Positions 39,947 through 50,072 are shown, counted from the stretch's first letter. The stretch is 64,000 bases of DNA from Patescibacteria group bacterium (GCA_023485845.1 JAMCZE010000004.1:1358-65357); one strand, 5' to 3'. Translations and numbers: made by a program. The notes: a model not told the origin generated them from the letters alone.

Positions 39947-40263
39947 AAAAATTAATTGCCGAGGAAAATATGGTTCACGACCGCAATTCAAACCGCTTTC
40001 TGGTGGTGTTAGTGGTGCTGGTTTTCTTGTTGTCGGCTGGTCGGGTTTTTTTGGCTAACTGGCTGGTAGAGTCCTCCGACACTTTGCGTCGGCTGGACAG
40101 TGAAATTGCCCAACAAACGACCCAAAATCAAAATTTAGCTGCCCAGATTCGCCAGAGTGAATCCTTGAGTCTTCTGGAAAACCAAGCTCAGGCCGCCGGT
40201 TTTGTTCAGACGTCTAAAATTTCCTTTATCCTTCCGGAGCCAAATGTTGCCTTCCGGTTATGA
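39943..40263 (+). CDS. FtsL-like bitopic coiled-coil protein
   Basis: TM plus coiled coil between rsmH and ftsI. Confidence 0.65.
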   Translation: MKKLIAEENMVHDRNSNRFLVVLVVLVFLLSAGRVFLANWLVESSDTLRRLDSEIAQQTTQNQNLAAQIRQSESLSLLENQAQAAGFVQTSKISFILPEPNVAFRL

Positions 40264-42041
40264 GATTTGAACACAAAGTTAGGATCGTCACGTCTTTAAT
40301 TTTTCTCGGCCTGGCGCTGGTTTTTCTGCGGTTGGCTCTTATCCAAACGGTTCAGTCAGGCCCTTTGTCATCCGAAGGGGACGCGGAGCATTTTAATATC
40401 CTTTCCATCCCTGCTCGGCGGGGAGAGATTCGGGCTGCTGACGACACGGCGTTGGCCGCCGACAAAAACGCTTTTCTTCTTTATGCCCAGCTGCCGAAAC
40501 TGCCAACGAACCGGAAAAGTGTGGCCGACAAACTAACCGATCTTTTGGCCCCGCAAATTCCCATTGTCGCCACCGACAGCTCACCACTGACTCCGGAGGC
40601 TCAAACACAGATGGAGAAAACGGTCCACGATAACTTGGATCACGATTTATTGGCCCGGCTGGACACTCAAAATGCTGTTTGGGTAAATTTGGCCCATTTT
40701 GTCAGCCAGAACATCCATGATCAAATTAATTCTTTAAATATTGCCGGGTTGGGTTTTGAGGATGAGCAGGCCCGGGACTATCCGGAAGCCTCAATGGCCG
40801 CCCAAGTGCTGGGCTTTGTTGGCTCGGATCAAAATGGCAACCCTCAGGGCTATTTTGGCTTGGAAGGCTTCTACCAGCGGGAATTAGCCGGCCGTCCGGG
40901 CCAACTGCGCCAAGAGAAAGACGCTTTCGGCAATCCCATTGCCATTGGCAGCGAAACCAGGATTGAGAAACGTGATGGCAGCGATTTAATAACCACCATT
41001 GATCGCTCCGTCCAGCTCTTTGTGGAAGCGGAACTCTCTAAAGGCATCAGCGACTGGCAAGCCTCCGGGGGAACGGCGATTGTTATGGACCCAAACACCG
41101 GTGCCATTGTTGCCATGGCCAATTTCCCTGCCTATGACCCGGCGAACTTTTCCTATTACCCTGGCACTCTTTATAAAAATCCGGCGGTGGCCAATCTTTT
41201 TGAGCCGGGATCGATTTTCAAGCCGATTATTATGTCCGCCGCCCTGAATGAGAATGTCCTAACTCCAGACACCCACTGTGATCAGTGTTCTGGCCCGCGT
41301 CAAATTTATAATTACTATATCCACACGTTTGATAATCAGTATCATCCCAACGAAACGATGACGGAGGTGCTGGTTAACTCCGATAACACCGGAATGGTGT
41401 TTGTGGGGGAAAAACTGGGCTTTGACAAGCTCTATTCTTATTTACAAAAATTTGGTTTTGGCCAAAAAACCGGCGTGGATTTGCAGGAGGAAGAAGGAGG
41501 AGCACTGCGGGCCAAGGGTGATTTCTATCCGATTGATAAAGCCACTGTCACTTTCGGCCAGGGAATTAATGTCAACGCCCTGCAAATGGTTCGAGCTTTT
41601 GGAGCCTTAGCCAACGGCGGCCGGCTGCCCATCCCTTATCTGGTGTCACGAATTATCGATAACGACAAGGTCGTTAATGTTCCCCACCCACTTGGCCCGC
41701 AGATAATTTCTCCAACGGTCAGTAAAACAATCTCGGAAATGCTGATTCAGGTAGCTGATAATAGTCCGGAACATTTTCCCAAAGATCGCCTTCCCGAATT
41801 GGCAAATTTTCAGATTGCTGGCAAAAGCGGCACTGCCCAGATTGCTGTTGGTGGGTCCTACCAATCAGCTGCTGGCACGATTGCCTCTATGATCGGTTAT
41901 TTTCCGGCCCTAAGTCCAAGATTTGTGATTCTGGTAAAATTGAATGAACCGGTTGTCCGGCCCTGGGGCAGCGACACCGCCGGCCCGGTTTTCTTTGCCA
42001 TCGTCAAAGATCTAATTAACTATTATGGGATCACGCCATAA
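40260..42041 (+). CDS. ftsI: Class B penicillin-binding protein (FtsI-like)
   Basis: RRGEI, R.YP, G.EG, SIFK, SDN, KSG motifs. Confidence 0.9.
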   Translation: MRFEHKVRIVTSLIFLGLALVFLRLALIQTVQSGPLSSEGDAEHFNILSIPARRGEIRAADDTALAADKNAFLLYAQLPKLPTNRKSVADKLTDLLAPQIPIVATDSSPLTPEAQTQMEKTVHDNLDHDLLARLDTQNAVWVNLAHFVSQNIHDQINSLNIAGLGFEDEQARDYPEASMAAQVLGFVGSDQNGNPQGYFGLEGFYQRELAGRPGQLRQEKDAFGNPIAIGSETRIEKRDGSDLITTIDRSVQLFVEAELSKGISDWQASGGTAIVMDPNTGAIVAMANFPAYDPANFSYYPGTLYKNPAVANLFEPGSIFKPIIMSAALNENVLTPDTHCDQCSGPRQIYNYYIHTFDNQYHPNETMTEVLVNSDNTGMVFVGEKLGFDKLYSYLQKFGFGQKTGVDLQEEEGGALRAKGDFYPIDKATVTFGQGINVNALQMVRAFGALANGGRLPIPYLVSRIIDNDKVVNVPHPLGPQIISPTVSKTISEMLIQVADNSPEHFPKDRLPELANFQIAGKSGTAQIAVGGSYQSAAGTIASMIGYFPALSPRFVILVKLNEPVVRPWGSDTAGPVFFAIVKDLINYYGITP

Positions 42042-42058
42042 TCTGCTAAAATTACGCT

Positions 42059-43132
42059 ATGCTGCAAAAATTAAAGAATATTTTCCATCTTTTTGAGGCA
42101 GTGGCGGCGACAGTGTATTATCGGTCGCCCGCCAAAAAACTGACAGTCGTTGGCGTCACCGGCACTGATGGCAAAACCACCACCACAACCCTAATTCATC
42201 ACATTTTAACCGCTGCCGGCTTCAAAACGGCAATCTTATCCACGTTGTCTTCAACCCACACCACCACTCCCGGCCGTTTTGCCGTTCAGCGTTTTTTGCG
42301 CCGCAGTCTTGAAAACGGCTGCACCCACGCCGTTTTGGAAGTGACCTCAATTGCCATTGACCAACATCGGGTTTGGGGTGTGGATTTTGCCGTCGGGGTG
42401 CTAACCAACATCGCCGATCACGAACACCTAGATTATCACAGGACCTTTGAAAAATATAGAAAAACAAAGCTGAAGTGGCTAGCCAGCTGCCGGCAAAAAG
42501 TTTTTGGGTCGGACTTAGAGAAGAAGAATTTCACAAAAATACTGGCAGCCAGCAAGCTGCCAGGTGAATTTAACCAGCGAAACGTTATGGCCGCGGCGGC
42601 CGCAGCTCGACTGTTGGGGCTGGAGGACAAAACCATTACTGAGGCAGTCAAATCTTTCACCTTACCTGCCGGCCGGTTGGAAGTGGCCGTGGGAAAACCG
42701 TTTAAGGTGATTGTCGATTTTGCCCACACACCACAGGCTTTTGAAAAGCTTCTCCCGGTGGTTAAGAAAATGGGCAAACATTTAATTCATGTTTTTGGAG
42801 CCACTGGCAACCGGGATAAATCAAAACGGCCGATTATGGCCCAAATCGCGACTAAATATGATGACTACATTTTTCTAACCTGTGAGGACACCTACCGCGA
42901 GAACCCGACGCAGATTTTGGCCCAGCTTCAGTCTGGTTTAGGTGAATTCATAAACTATCAAGTGGTTCCCGACCGACGGGAGGCGATTAGAAGAGCCTTG
43001 TCCATGGCTAGACAGGGAGATGTGGTTCTGCTCACCGGCGTTGGCCATCAAAACTCCATCAACCTCTCCGGCCGCGAAGTGCCGTGGAACGAAGTGAAAA
43101 TAGTTAAAGAGTTAATGGCTAATGCTTCTTGA
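42059..43132 (+). CDS. murE: MurE-type Mur ligase
   Basis: GVTGTDGKTTT, HTTTP, DFAHTP, VFGATGNRD. Confidence 0.85.
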   Translation: MLQKLKNIFHLFEAVAATVYYRSPAKKLTVVGVTGTDGKTTTTTLIHHILTAAGFKTAILSTLSSTHTTTPGRFAVQRFLRRSLENGCTHAVLEVTSIAIDQHRVWGVDFAVGVLTNIADHEHLDYHRTFEKYRKTKLKWLASCRQKVFGSDLEKKNFTKILAASKLPGEFNQRNVMAAAAAARLLGLEDKTITEAVKSFTLPAGRLEVAVGKPFKVIVDFAHTPQAFEKLLPVVKKMGKHLIHVFGATGNRDKSKRPIMAQIATKYDDYIFLTCEDTYRENPTQILAQLQSGLGEFINYQVVPDRREAIRRALSMARQGDVVLLTGVGHQNSINLSGREVPWNEVKIVKELMANAS

Positions 43133-43456
43133 TACGCGGTCTATGTATTGAGACAACGCTTGAAGACTTTCATCGGAGGTCAGTTTCCATCTTTCTCCTT
43201 CTTCGATTGCGTTTCTGACACAGTGCTCTCTATATATTTTTTCTAGCTCTTCCTCATTAAGTCCATGGCTAACCAGTTGTGAGAAAACAATAATTTGGGC
43301 AATAGGGATTATCTCTTGAATGCCATTGCCCTTAAGTATTGCAACAAAATCTGGATGCATAGTTATCCTCCGAAGCTTTGCCAAGTCCACATAGGTTTTG
43401 TCTTTAAAACCTTCTTGGGCCCACTTTCGGGCAACTTCAATCGAGAAAGTGTTCAT
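43112..43456 (-). CDS. Hypothetical protein
   Basis: 114 aa ORF filling the murE-murD gap; TG-c-TAGAAT upstream. Confidence 0.6.
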   Translation of the reverse strand: MNTFSIEVARKWAQEGFKDKTYVDLAKLRRITMHPDFVAILKGNGIQEIIPIAQIIVFSQLVSHGLNEEELEKIYREHCVRNAIEEGERWKLTSDESLQALSQYIDRVSRSISH

Positions 43457-43493
43457 GATGGCCGCATTCTAGCATAAATGATAAAATAGGGGT

Positions 43494-44705
43494 ATGAAGA
43501 CGGCCATTTTAGGCTGGGGGGTGGACACACAGGACGTGGAGCCGTATTTGCGAAAGCGGGGAGACGAGGTTACGGTCTTGGATGAGAAAAACGGTGATAA
43601 ATTTGCTAATCTTCAAAGATTTGATTTGATTATAAGAAGTCCGGGAGTCTACCGTTTCCGGCCGGAGATTCTCCAAGCACAAAAAGCCGGGGTGGAAATT
43701 TCTTCCAAAACAAAACTCTTTTTTGATCTTTGTCCTTGTCCGATTATCGGCATCACCGGGACCAAGGGCAAAGGCACCACCGCTACTTTAATTTATGAAA
43801 TTCTCAAAGCGGCTGGTAAAAAAGTTTATTTAGGCGGCAACATTGGCACGGGAGTGTTCAATCTATTAGAAAATTTAACCAAGGACAGTTGGGTAATTTT
43901 AGAGCTATCCAGTTTTCAATTAATCGACCTAACAAAATCGCCGCATATCGCTGTGGTGTTGATAGTCACCAGTGAGCACCTTAACTGGCACAAAAACACC
44001 AAAGAATATATTGATGCCAAGAGAAACATAGTTTCTCACCAAAAACCGGATGATTTTGCCGTGGTAAACCGGGATTATCCCAACTCGGTGGTCATCGGCA
44101 AAGCCGCCACCGGCCAGGTCACTTGGGTCAGTGGAAAAGACATCAATCTGTCCACCCGTCTTCGCGGGCAGCATAATAAAGAAAATATTGCTGCCGCCGT
44201 GGCAGTGGCCAAAATCGTTGGCGTTGCCTATGAAGAAGTGGTCAAAGACTTTAGGGGTTTGGAGCACCGGCTGGAAGAGGTGGCCACGATTAACGGGGTT
44301 GCATTCTTTAATGATTCTTTTTCCACTGTTCCGGAAACCACGATTGCTGCCATCAAGTCGTTTGTCGAGCCGGAAATTTTGATCGTTGGCGGCAGCAGCA
44401 AAAATTCCGATTTCACCCAGTTAGGGACAGTCATCTCCCGAACACCCAACATTAAAGCGGTGATGCCAATTGGTGTTGAGGGTGAGCGGATTAAAAAACT
44501 TCTTTCTGGAGTAAAAATTTTGCCAGCAGGGAAAACAATGGCGGAAATAGTGAAAATAGCGTATAATAACGCTGTGTCTGGTGATGTTGTTTTGCTTTCT
44601 CCTGCCTGCGCCAGTTTTGATATGTTTAAAAACTACAAGCATAGGGGAAAACAGTTCAAACACGAAATTCAAAATTTAAAGGTCAAAAGTCAAAAATCCA
44701 AGTAA
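43494..44705 (+). CDS. murD: UDP-MurNAc-L-Ala--D-Glu ligase
   Basis: RSPG, TGTKGKGTT, ELSSFQL, HRLE, SPACASFDMF. Confidence 0.95.
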   Translation: MKTAILGWGVDTQDVEPYLRKRGDEVTVLDEKNGDKFANLQRFDLIIRSPGVYRFRPEILQAQKAGVEISSKTKLFFDLCPCPIIGITGTKGKGTTATLIYEILKAAGKKVYLGGNIGTGVFNLLENLTKDSWVILELSSFQLIDLTKSPHIAVVLIVTSEHLNWHKNTKEYIDAKRNIVSHQKPDDFAVVNRDYPNSVVIGKAATGQVTWVSGKDINLSTRLRGQHNKENIAAAVAVAKIVGVAYEEVVKDFRGLEHRLEEVATINGVAFFNDSFSTVPETTIAAIKSFVEPEILIVGGSSKNSDFTQLGTVISRTPNIKAVMPIGVEGERIKKLLSGVKILPAGKTMAEIVKIAYNNAVSGDVVLLSPACASFDMFKNYKHRGKQFKHEIQNLKVKSQKSK

Positions 44706-44745
44706 AAAGTCAAAATTTTGCCTTTTGATTTTTGCATTTTAATTT
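44668..44745. repeat. Inverted pair of degenerate heptamer arrays spanning the murD 3' end and the intergenic region
   Basis: TTCAAAA/TTTAAAG/GTCAAAA/GTCAAAA... then TTTTGCC/TTTTGAT/TTTTGCA/TTTTAAT. Confidence 0.75.
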
Positions 44746-46011
44746 ATGACTAAAGTTCACTTCATGGGGATTGGCGGATCGGGGATTTCTGCCGCCGCGC
44801 GCATTGCCCAGGCCCACGGATTTGCCATTTCCGGCTGTGATTTGGAAGAGAGCCGAATCACCAGGGTTCTTCAAAAAGAAGGCGTCAATGTTAAAATCGG
44901 TCACGACGCGGCTCATTTAAAAGGAATTGATCTGCTAATTCACACTCCGGCGGTTTTTTATCAAAGCGTCACCCATCCGGAATACACGCTGGCGGCCGAG
45001 AAAAACATCGCGTTAACCTGGGAAGAGTTTATGGCTAAATATTTACAAAAGAATAAATTCTTAGTGGCGTTGGCGGGAACCCACGGCAAAGGAACAACCG
45101 CGGCCATGTTAAGTGTCGTTTTGGAACAGGCAGGCCTGGACCCAACCTGTGAAATTGGCGCTAATTTGTTGAACTGGAATAAGGAAAACTACCGGTTGGG
45201 AAAATCAAAATATTTTGTCTGCGAGGCGGATGAATTTCGGGATAAATTCCTTTTGTATAAACCGGAGATTGCCGTGATCACCTCATTGGAAATGGATCAC
45301 CCGGAATATTTTGCCGATTTTGCCGCTGTTCTGGCTTCATTTCGCCGGTTTGCGGGGCTGGCCAAAGTGGTAATTGCCCACGAGAGCTTGCGAAAATATA
45401 AGCTGGCGAAAAAAGTAATTTACTACAAACCGGTGCCAAAAAGTGTGAAGCTGAAACTGCCCGGGGAACACGAACGGGCCGATGCCGGGGGAGCTTGGGC
45501 GGCCGCCAGAGTGTTGGGAGTTAAAGACAAAGTGATTAAGCAGGCCCTGGAAAGCTTTTCCGGCTGCGAACGGCGCTTTGAATTTCGGGGAGAGGTGGAA
45601 GGAGTCAAAATTTATGATGACTATGCCCATCATCCCACCGCGGTGGCGGCCAACATTAAAGCGGCCAAAGAACTTTATCCCCGAAAAAAAATCTGGGTGG
45701 TTTTTCAGCCGCATATGTATGCGCGCCTGCAGGCTCTTTTTGATGATTTTGCCAAAAGCCTGCGGCTGGCTGACCGGGTGGTGGTCAGTGATGTGTTCAC
45801 CCGGCGGGAAAGCGGGGTGACCAAACCTTCCGGCAAGGATCTGGCTAACGCCGTTGGGTCTCCCAAAGCCACCTATGTTGGCGGCGACCTACTCAATGTG
45901 GCCAACTTCGTCTCCCGCAACAGCGCCAAAGGTGACATTGTCCTGGTCCTTGGCGCCGGCGATGTCTATAAAGTGAGTGATTTATTGATGCAGAAAGGGG
46001 GTGAGGTGTAA
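44746..46011 (+). CDS. murC: UDP-MurNAc--L-Ala ligase
   Basis: HFMGIGGSGIS, GTHGKGTT, EADE, DDYAHHPT, FQPH. Confidence 0.95.
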   Translation: MTKVHFMGIGGSGISAAARIAQAHGFAISGCDLEESRITRVLQKEGVNVKIGHDAAHLKGIDLLIHTPAVFYQSVTHPEYTLAAEKNIALTWEEFMAKYLQKNKFLVALAGTHGKGTTAAMLSVVLEQAGLDPTCEIGANLLNWNKENYRLGKSKYFVCEADEFRDKFLLYKPEIAVITSLEMDHPEYFADFAAVLASFRRFAGLAKVVIAHESLRKYKLAKKVIYYKPVPKSVKLKLPGEHERADAGGAWAAARVLGVKDKVIKQALESFSGCERRFEFRGEVEGVKIYDDYAHHPTAVAANIKAAKELYPRKKIWVVFQPHMYARLQALFDDFAKSLRLADRVVVSDVFTRRESGVTKPSGKDLANAVGSPKATYVGGDLLNVANFVSRNSAKGDIVLVLGAGDVYKVSDLLMQKGGEV

Positions 46012-46241
46012 TGAGTTATGTTGATACAATTAATTGGCCAAAAATACCAGTAGAAATAAGAGAGAAATTCAGCGGCTCAATTCCCGGTGGGGCAGACGAA
46101 ACCTGCAGAATACATTGTACCCACTACTCTCCCGCTAGCTGGCGAGAGGCTTGGTGCTCAGCTGCTGGCCGACCGGGCGATGCCTTTTGTCTGATTCCAA
46201 GAAAATGTAAACAGATCCCCGAGGGAGCCTTGAAGCAATAA
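46011..46241 (+). CDS. Small Cys-rich hypothetical protein
   Basis: 76 aa, 5 Cys, TAATG coupling to murC, GGGGTGAGG SD-like sequence. Confidence 0.5.
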   Translation: MSYVDTINWPKIPVEIREKFSGSIPGGADETCRIHCTHYSPASWREAWCSAAGRPGDAFCLIPRKCKQIPEGALKQ

Positions 46242-46285
46242 GTCATTAATTGTTTAAGCGGGACTTGGTGTGGTAAGATATTGCT

Positions 46286-46555
46286 ATGGCAAAAAAGAGA
46301 ATCTGTCAGGAGGTTTTGAAATATACGGCGGTTTTTGAACCGGCGAAAGAGGGTGGTTTTGTGGCCTCCGTTCCGGCGCTCCCCGGTTGTGCCACCCAAG
46401 GAGAAACCTTTGAAGACGCCGTTAAGATGGTTCAGGACGCCATCATGGGATACTTGGAAGTTCTGAATGAGGACAAACAAGAAATCCCAACCGAGAGAGG
46501 CGAAGCGGTGGTGACAAAAATTGAAGTCCCCTTCCCATATAGATTTGCAGTTTAA
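46286..46555 (+). CDS. hicB: HicB-family antitoxin
   Basis: EGGFVASVPALPGCATQGETFEDA. Confidence 0.92.
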   Translation: MAKKRICQEVLKYTAVFEPAKEGGFVASVPALPGCATQGETFEDAVKMVQDAIMGYLEVLNEDKQEIPTERGEAVVTKIEVPFPYRFAV

Positions 46556-46770
46556 TGGCGTCTTTTAAACCAAAAGAAGTGGTGCGAATTCTGGAGAAAC
46601 TTGGTTTTGTTGCCAAGCGCCAAACCGGCAGTCATCTTATTATGTCTCACCCCAGCAAACATAAAATTATTCCCGTTCCCGTTCATAGCAAAGACATTAA
46701 ATCCGGTTTGATGAAGGGGATTATCAAGCAGGCGGATTCCACAGAGCAAGAATTCTTGAAGCTTAAATAA
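46555..46770 (+). CDS. hicA: HicA-family mRNA interferase toxin
   Basis: LEKLGF...RQTGSH...H......VPVH.KDI..G....I.KQA. Confidence 0.92.
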   Translation: MASFKPKEVVRILEKLGFVAKRQTGSHLIMSHPSKHKIIPVPVHSKDIKSGLMKGIIKQADSTEQEFLKLK

Positions 46771-47710
46771 TCTTCACTTCCGGCTCGAGGGGGATGGCGT
46801 AGTGAGATTGGATGTCGGCGGACATTTTTTGGGTGAACTCCAAAATTTCCTGACCGGTGGCGCCGCCAAGATTAATGACAATTAGGGCATGTTTGTCATG
46901 GGTGGCAACCCGGCCGATTCTTTTGCCTTTCCACCCCAGCTCGTCTAATAGCCGCCCGGCGGGGACTTTAACCAAGCCATCTTTTGTCGGAAACGTTTGC
47001 AGTTCGGCAATTTTTTTTTGCAGTTCGGCAGCTTTTTGCGCCGTGACGGTGGGATTTTTAAAGAAACTGCCGGCGGTGGCCACCTCTTTCCAGTCCGGAA
47101 GTTTATCCTGGCGAATCTTAATAATCGCTTCAGCCACGATTTTTGGCGTTAGTCTGCCCTCCGGCAGATAGTTTTTTAATGATTCATAACGGGATTGATA
47201 GTCGGTGGAGAAATGCGCCGTCTTAAATAATTTGAAGGTGACACAGGTGATTATCTGTTTATTTTTTTTAAACACACTTTCCCGGTAGGCAAACTGGCAT
47301 TGCTGATTGGAAAATGTTTTCCCTGGGGTTTTAACTTCGGTGATGACATCGGCCACTGATTGTCCGTAGGCGCCGATGTTGCCCACGGCGGCGGCCCCGA
47401 CCGTCCCGGGGATATAGGCAAGGTCCTCAATTCCCGACCAGCCGTTTTCAACGCTCCACATCACAAACTCGTGCCAATTTTCGCCCGAGCCCAGCTCCAG
47501 TATGACCGAATCCGAATCTTGCGCAATGATATCTCGTCCTTTAATTTCGTTTTTGACTACCAAACCGTGGATGTCGCGGGTTAACAAAACGTTAGCCCCT
47601 TCGCCCAGAACCAACTGCGGAGGTTCGCTGATGTCCTTTTCAAGATGGGCCACCAGAAATCTGTCGGCGTTGACAGAGACCTTAAAGGTGTTATAAGGAG
47701 CAAGATCCAC
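46763..47710 (-). CDS. murB: UDP-N-acetylmuramate dehydrogenase
   Basis: LGEGANVL, IPGTVGAA..GNIGAYG, AGSFFKNP, HALIVIN, LEPEV. Confidence 0.95.
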   Translation of the reverse strand: MDLAPYNTFKVSVNADRFLVAHLEKDISEPPQLVLGEGANVLLTRDIHGLVVKNEIKGRDIIAQDSDSVILELGSGENWHEFVMWSVENGWSGIEDLAYIPGTVGAAAVGNIGAYGQSVADVITEVKTPGKTFSNQQCQFAYRESVFKKNKQIITCVTFKLFKTAHFSTDYQSRYESLKNYLPEGRLTPKIVAEAIIKIRQDKLPDWKEVATAGSFFKNPTVTAQKAAELQKKIAELQTFPTKDGLVKVPAGRLLDELGWKGKRIGRVATHDKHALIVINLGGATGQEILEFTQKMSADIQSHYAIPLEPEVKII

Positions 47711-47726
47711 GAAAGTATTATATACT

Positions 47727-49052
47727 ATGCGAGTGACTAAATACGTGGTAACCGGGGGAACGCCGCTTCGGGGTGAGGTTCACCTTCATGGAGCTAAAAA
47801 TGCGGGCTTTAAGGCCATGATTGCCTCGCTTTTGGCCGATTCGCCCTCAACCATTTGCGATCTTGGTCTCATTTCGGAAATAGACTTTGCTAAGCAGGTG
47901 ATCACCCAGCTTGGCGGCAAAATAACACCCCAATCCAACCCCCATTGTCTAGAAATTGATCCAACAAATCTAAATTCTTTTTCGGTTGCTAAGGAAATAG
48001 GGGAAAAGTCAAGAGCGTCTAATTTATATGCACCTTCACTATTACATAGGTTCGGAAAGGTTTCATTGCCAGTCCCCGGTGGCGATCAAATTGGAAGGCG
48101 GCCTCTGGAGCGCCACTTTGCAGGACTAGAAGCAATGGGTGCGAAAATAACAATTGCACAGAATGAAATTAGAATAGAGACACCAAATGGCTTGACGGGC
48201 ACGAATTTCCATTTTGCTAAGAATACCCACACCGGTACAGAATTTCTTGTTATGGCAGCTGCTTGGGCTAAGGGAGAAACCATTCTTAGTAATGCTGCTG
48301 CCGAGCCAGAGGTTGATGACCTGATTAAATTTTTAAACTCTATGGGTGGCAATATTAAAAGAGTGGCGGAGAGGACAATCAGAATCTTTGGCGTTGAGCA
48401 CTTTCATGGTGCAAAGCATACAGTAATGCGAGATAGGAATGAGGCCGTTACTTTTGCTTGCGCTTCCCTGGTGACCAATGGGGACATTAAAATCATTGGT
48501 GCCGACCCGACGGTTTTGCAAATCTTGTTGCAAAAGGTTGAAGAAGCCGGTGGAAGGTATGAGATAGGTGAGAACTTTATTCAATTTAGCTTGAAAGGGG
48601 CCCTGAAGCCGACAAAAATCGTTGCCACGCCTTATCCAGGGTTCATGACCGATTGGCAGCCTCTTTGGTCAACAATAATGACACAGGCAGATGGCGAATC
48701 AATTGTTCATGAAACGATTTACGAAAAAAGATTCGATTATGTTCCGAACCTGATCAAAATGGGCGCGAAGATAGATTTTTTTGAACCGGACATTAAAAAC
48801 CCAGATGAAATCTATAATTTCAATTTATCTGATGACACCCACGGAAATAAACACGCAATCAAGATTTATGGGAAGACGTCACTCAAAGGAGTTGAAGTGG
48901 AAATAAGCGATATTCGCAGCGGGGCCACGGCGCTATTGGCGGGAGTGACCGCAGACGGCCAAACAACAGTCATTGATCCCAAGGATCAGATCAAGCGCGG
49001 GTATGAATGTCTCCCCGAGCAACTTGTTTCTCTTGGCGCAAAGATAATATAA
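47727..49052 (+). CDS. murA: UDP-GlcNAc 1-carboxyvinyltransferase
   Basis: GAKNA, PGGDQIGRRP, EPEV, PYPGFMTD, DIRSG. Confidence 0.95.
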   Translation: MRVTKYVVTGGTPLRGEVHLHGAKNAGFKAMIASLLADSPSTICDLGLISEIDFAKQVITQLGGKITPQSNPHCLEIDPTNLNSFSVAKEIGEKSRASNLYAPSLLHRFGKVSLPVPGGDQIGRRPLERHFAGLEAMGAKITIAQNEIRIETPNGLTGTNFHFAKNTHTGTEFLVMAAAWAKGETILSNAAAEPEVDDLIKFLNSMGGNIKRVAERTIRIFGVEHFHGAKHTVMRDRNEAVTFACASLVTNGDIKIIGADPTVLQILLQKVEEAGGRYEIGENFIQFSLKGALKPTKIVATPYPGFMTDWQPLWSTIMTQADGESIVHETIYEKRFDYVPNLIKMGAKIDFFEPDIKNPDEIYNFNLSDDTHGNKHAIKIYGKTSLKGVEVEISDIRSGATALLAGVTADGQTTVIDPKDQIKRGYECLPEQLVSLGAKII

Positions 49053-49058
49053 TTGCAT

Positions 49059-50072
49059 ATGGCGCAAATTTTAGGGTTATTATTGTTGTCCTTTTTCATC
49101 ACCGCCGTTTTATTGGTTCCCCTCATTGATTTCCTTTATAAACTTCGCCTTAAAAGTACTGACGAAAACAAACGAGTGGACACGATGAATAAACTCACCC
49201 CGATCACGGCTAAACTGCTGGCCCACAAAAACAAGCGGCCGATTGGCGCCGGGGCGTTGGTGGTGGCGGTCACGGCCGTTTTGTCGCTTTGGTCCTATGG
49301 CCTCTTGGGCATTCAGGCCAGTGTGGCGGAGCTATTCATTCTTCTTTTCACCATGCTTTCTTTTGCCCTCTTGGGTCTTTATGATGACGTCCGCAAAAAT
49401 TTTAATAAGGAGAAAACCGGGTTTTTTGGTCTGCGCTGGCGGCACAAACTGTTGATTCAATGCCTTTTGGGCCTATTTATCGGCGCCTTTTTCTGGTTTA
49501 TCCTGCGGTATGATTTTGTGAATATCCATTGGTTTGGGATGTTGGATGTTGGTATTTTATTTATTCCTCTAACCGCCTTTGTGGTGGTGGCGTTTGCCAA
49601 TGCCTATAATATCACCGACGGTCTAGATGGCTTGTCAACGGGAACGCTGCTGATTTGTTTGATTGCCTTTGTTGTTCTCTCATCGCAGCTTCTTCATCCT
49701 TCGCTGGCGCTTTTTATCGCCATCTGGATTGGCTCAATCCTGGCTTTTCTCTACTTTAATATTTATCCCGCCCGAGTGGAGTTGGGGGACACCGGGGCGC
49801 TGGCGTTTGGGGCCACCTTGGCCGTGGTGGGGCTGCTGACGGGCAAGATTTTAGCCTTGGCCGTGATTGGCGGGGTGTTTATCCTGGAGGCCGGCAGTTC
49901 CCTGGTTCAGATGTTGTCAAAGCACTACACCGGCAAAAAATTCTTCGCGGTGGCGCCGTTGCATTTGTGGTTTCGCAATCGCGGCTGGGAAGAACCAAAA
50001 GTGGTCATGCGGGCCTGGCTTGTTGCCGCGCTTTTTGCTATCTTTGGATTGTGGCTAGGGGTAATAAAATAA
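49059..50072 (+). CDS. mraY: Phospho-MurNAc-pentapeptide transferase
   Basis: GLYDD, NAYNITDGLDGL, GDTGAL, APLH. Confidence 0.93.
   Translation: MAQILGLLLLSFFITAVLLVPLIDFLYKLRLKSTDENKRVDTMNKLTPITAKLLAHKNKRPIGAGALVVAVTAVLSLWSYGLLGIQASVAELFILLFTMLSFALLGLYDDVRKNFNKEKTGFFGLRWRHKLLIQCLLGLFIGAFFWFILRYDFVNIHWFGMLDVGILFIPLTAFVVVAFANAYNITDGLDGLSTGTLLICLIAFVVLSSQLLHPSLALFIAIWIGSILAFLYFNIYPARVELGDTGALAFGATLAVVGLLTGKILALAVIGGVFILEAGSSLVQMLSKHYTGKKFFAVAPLHLWFRNRGWEEPKVVMRAWLVAALFAIFGLWLGVIK

Noticed and set aside
44710-44916. Minus-strand 68-aa ORF ending LKCKNQKAKF
   Set aside because: Antisense to murC; its tail simply reflects the heptamer repeat.
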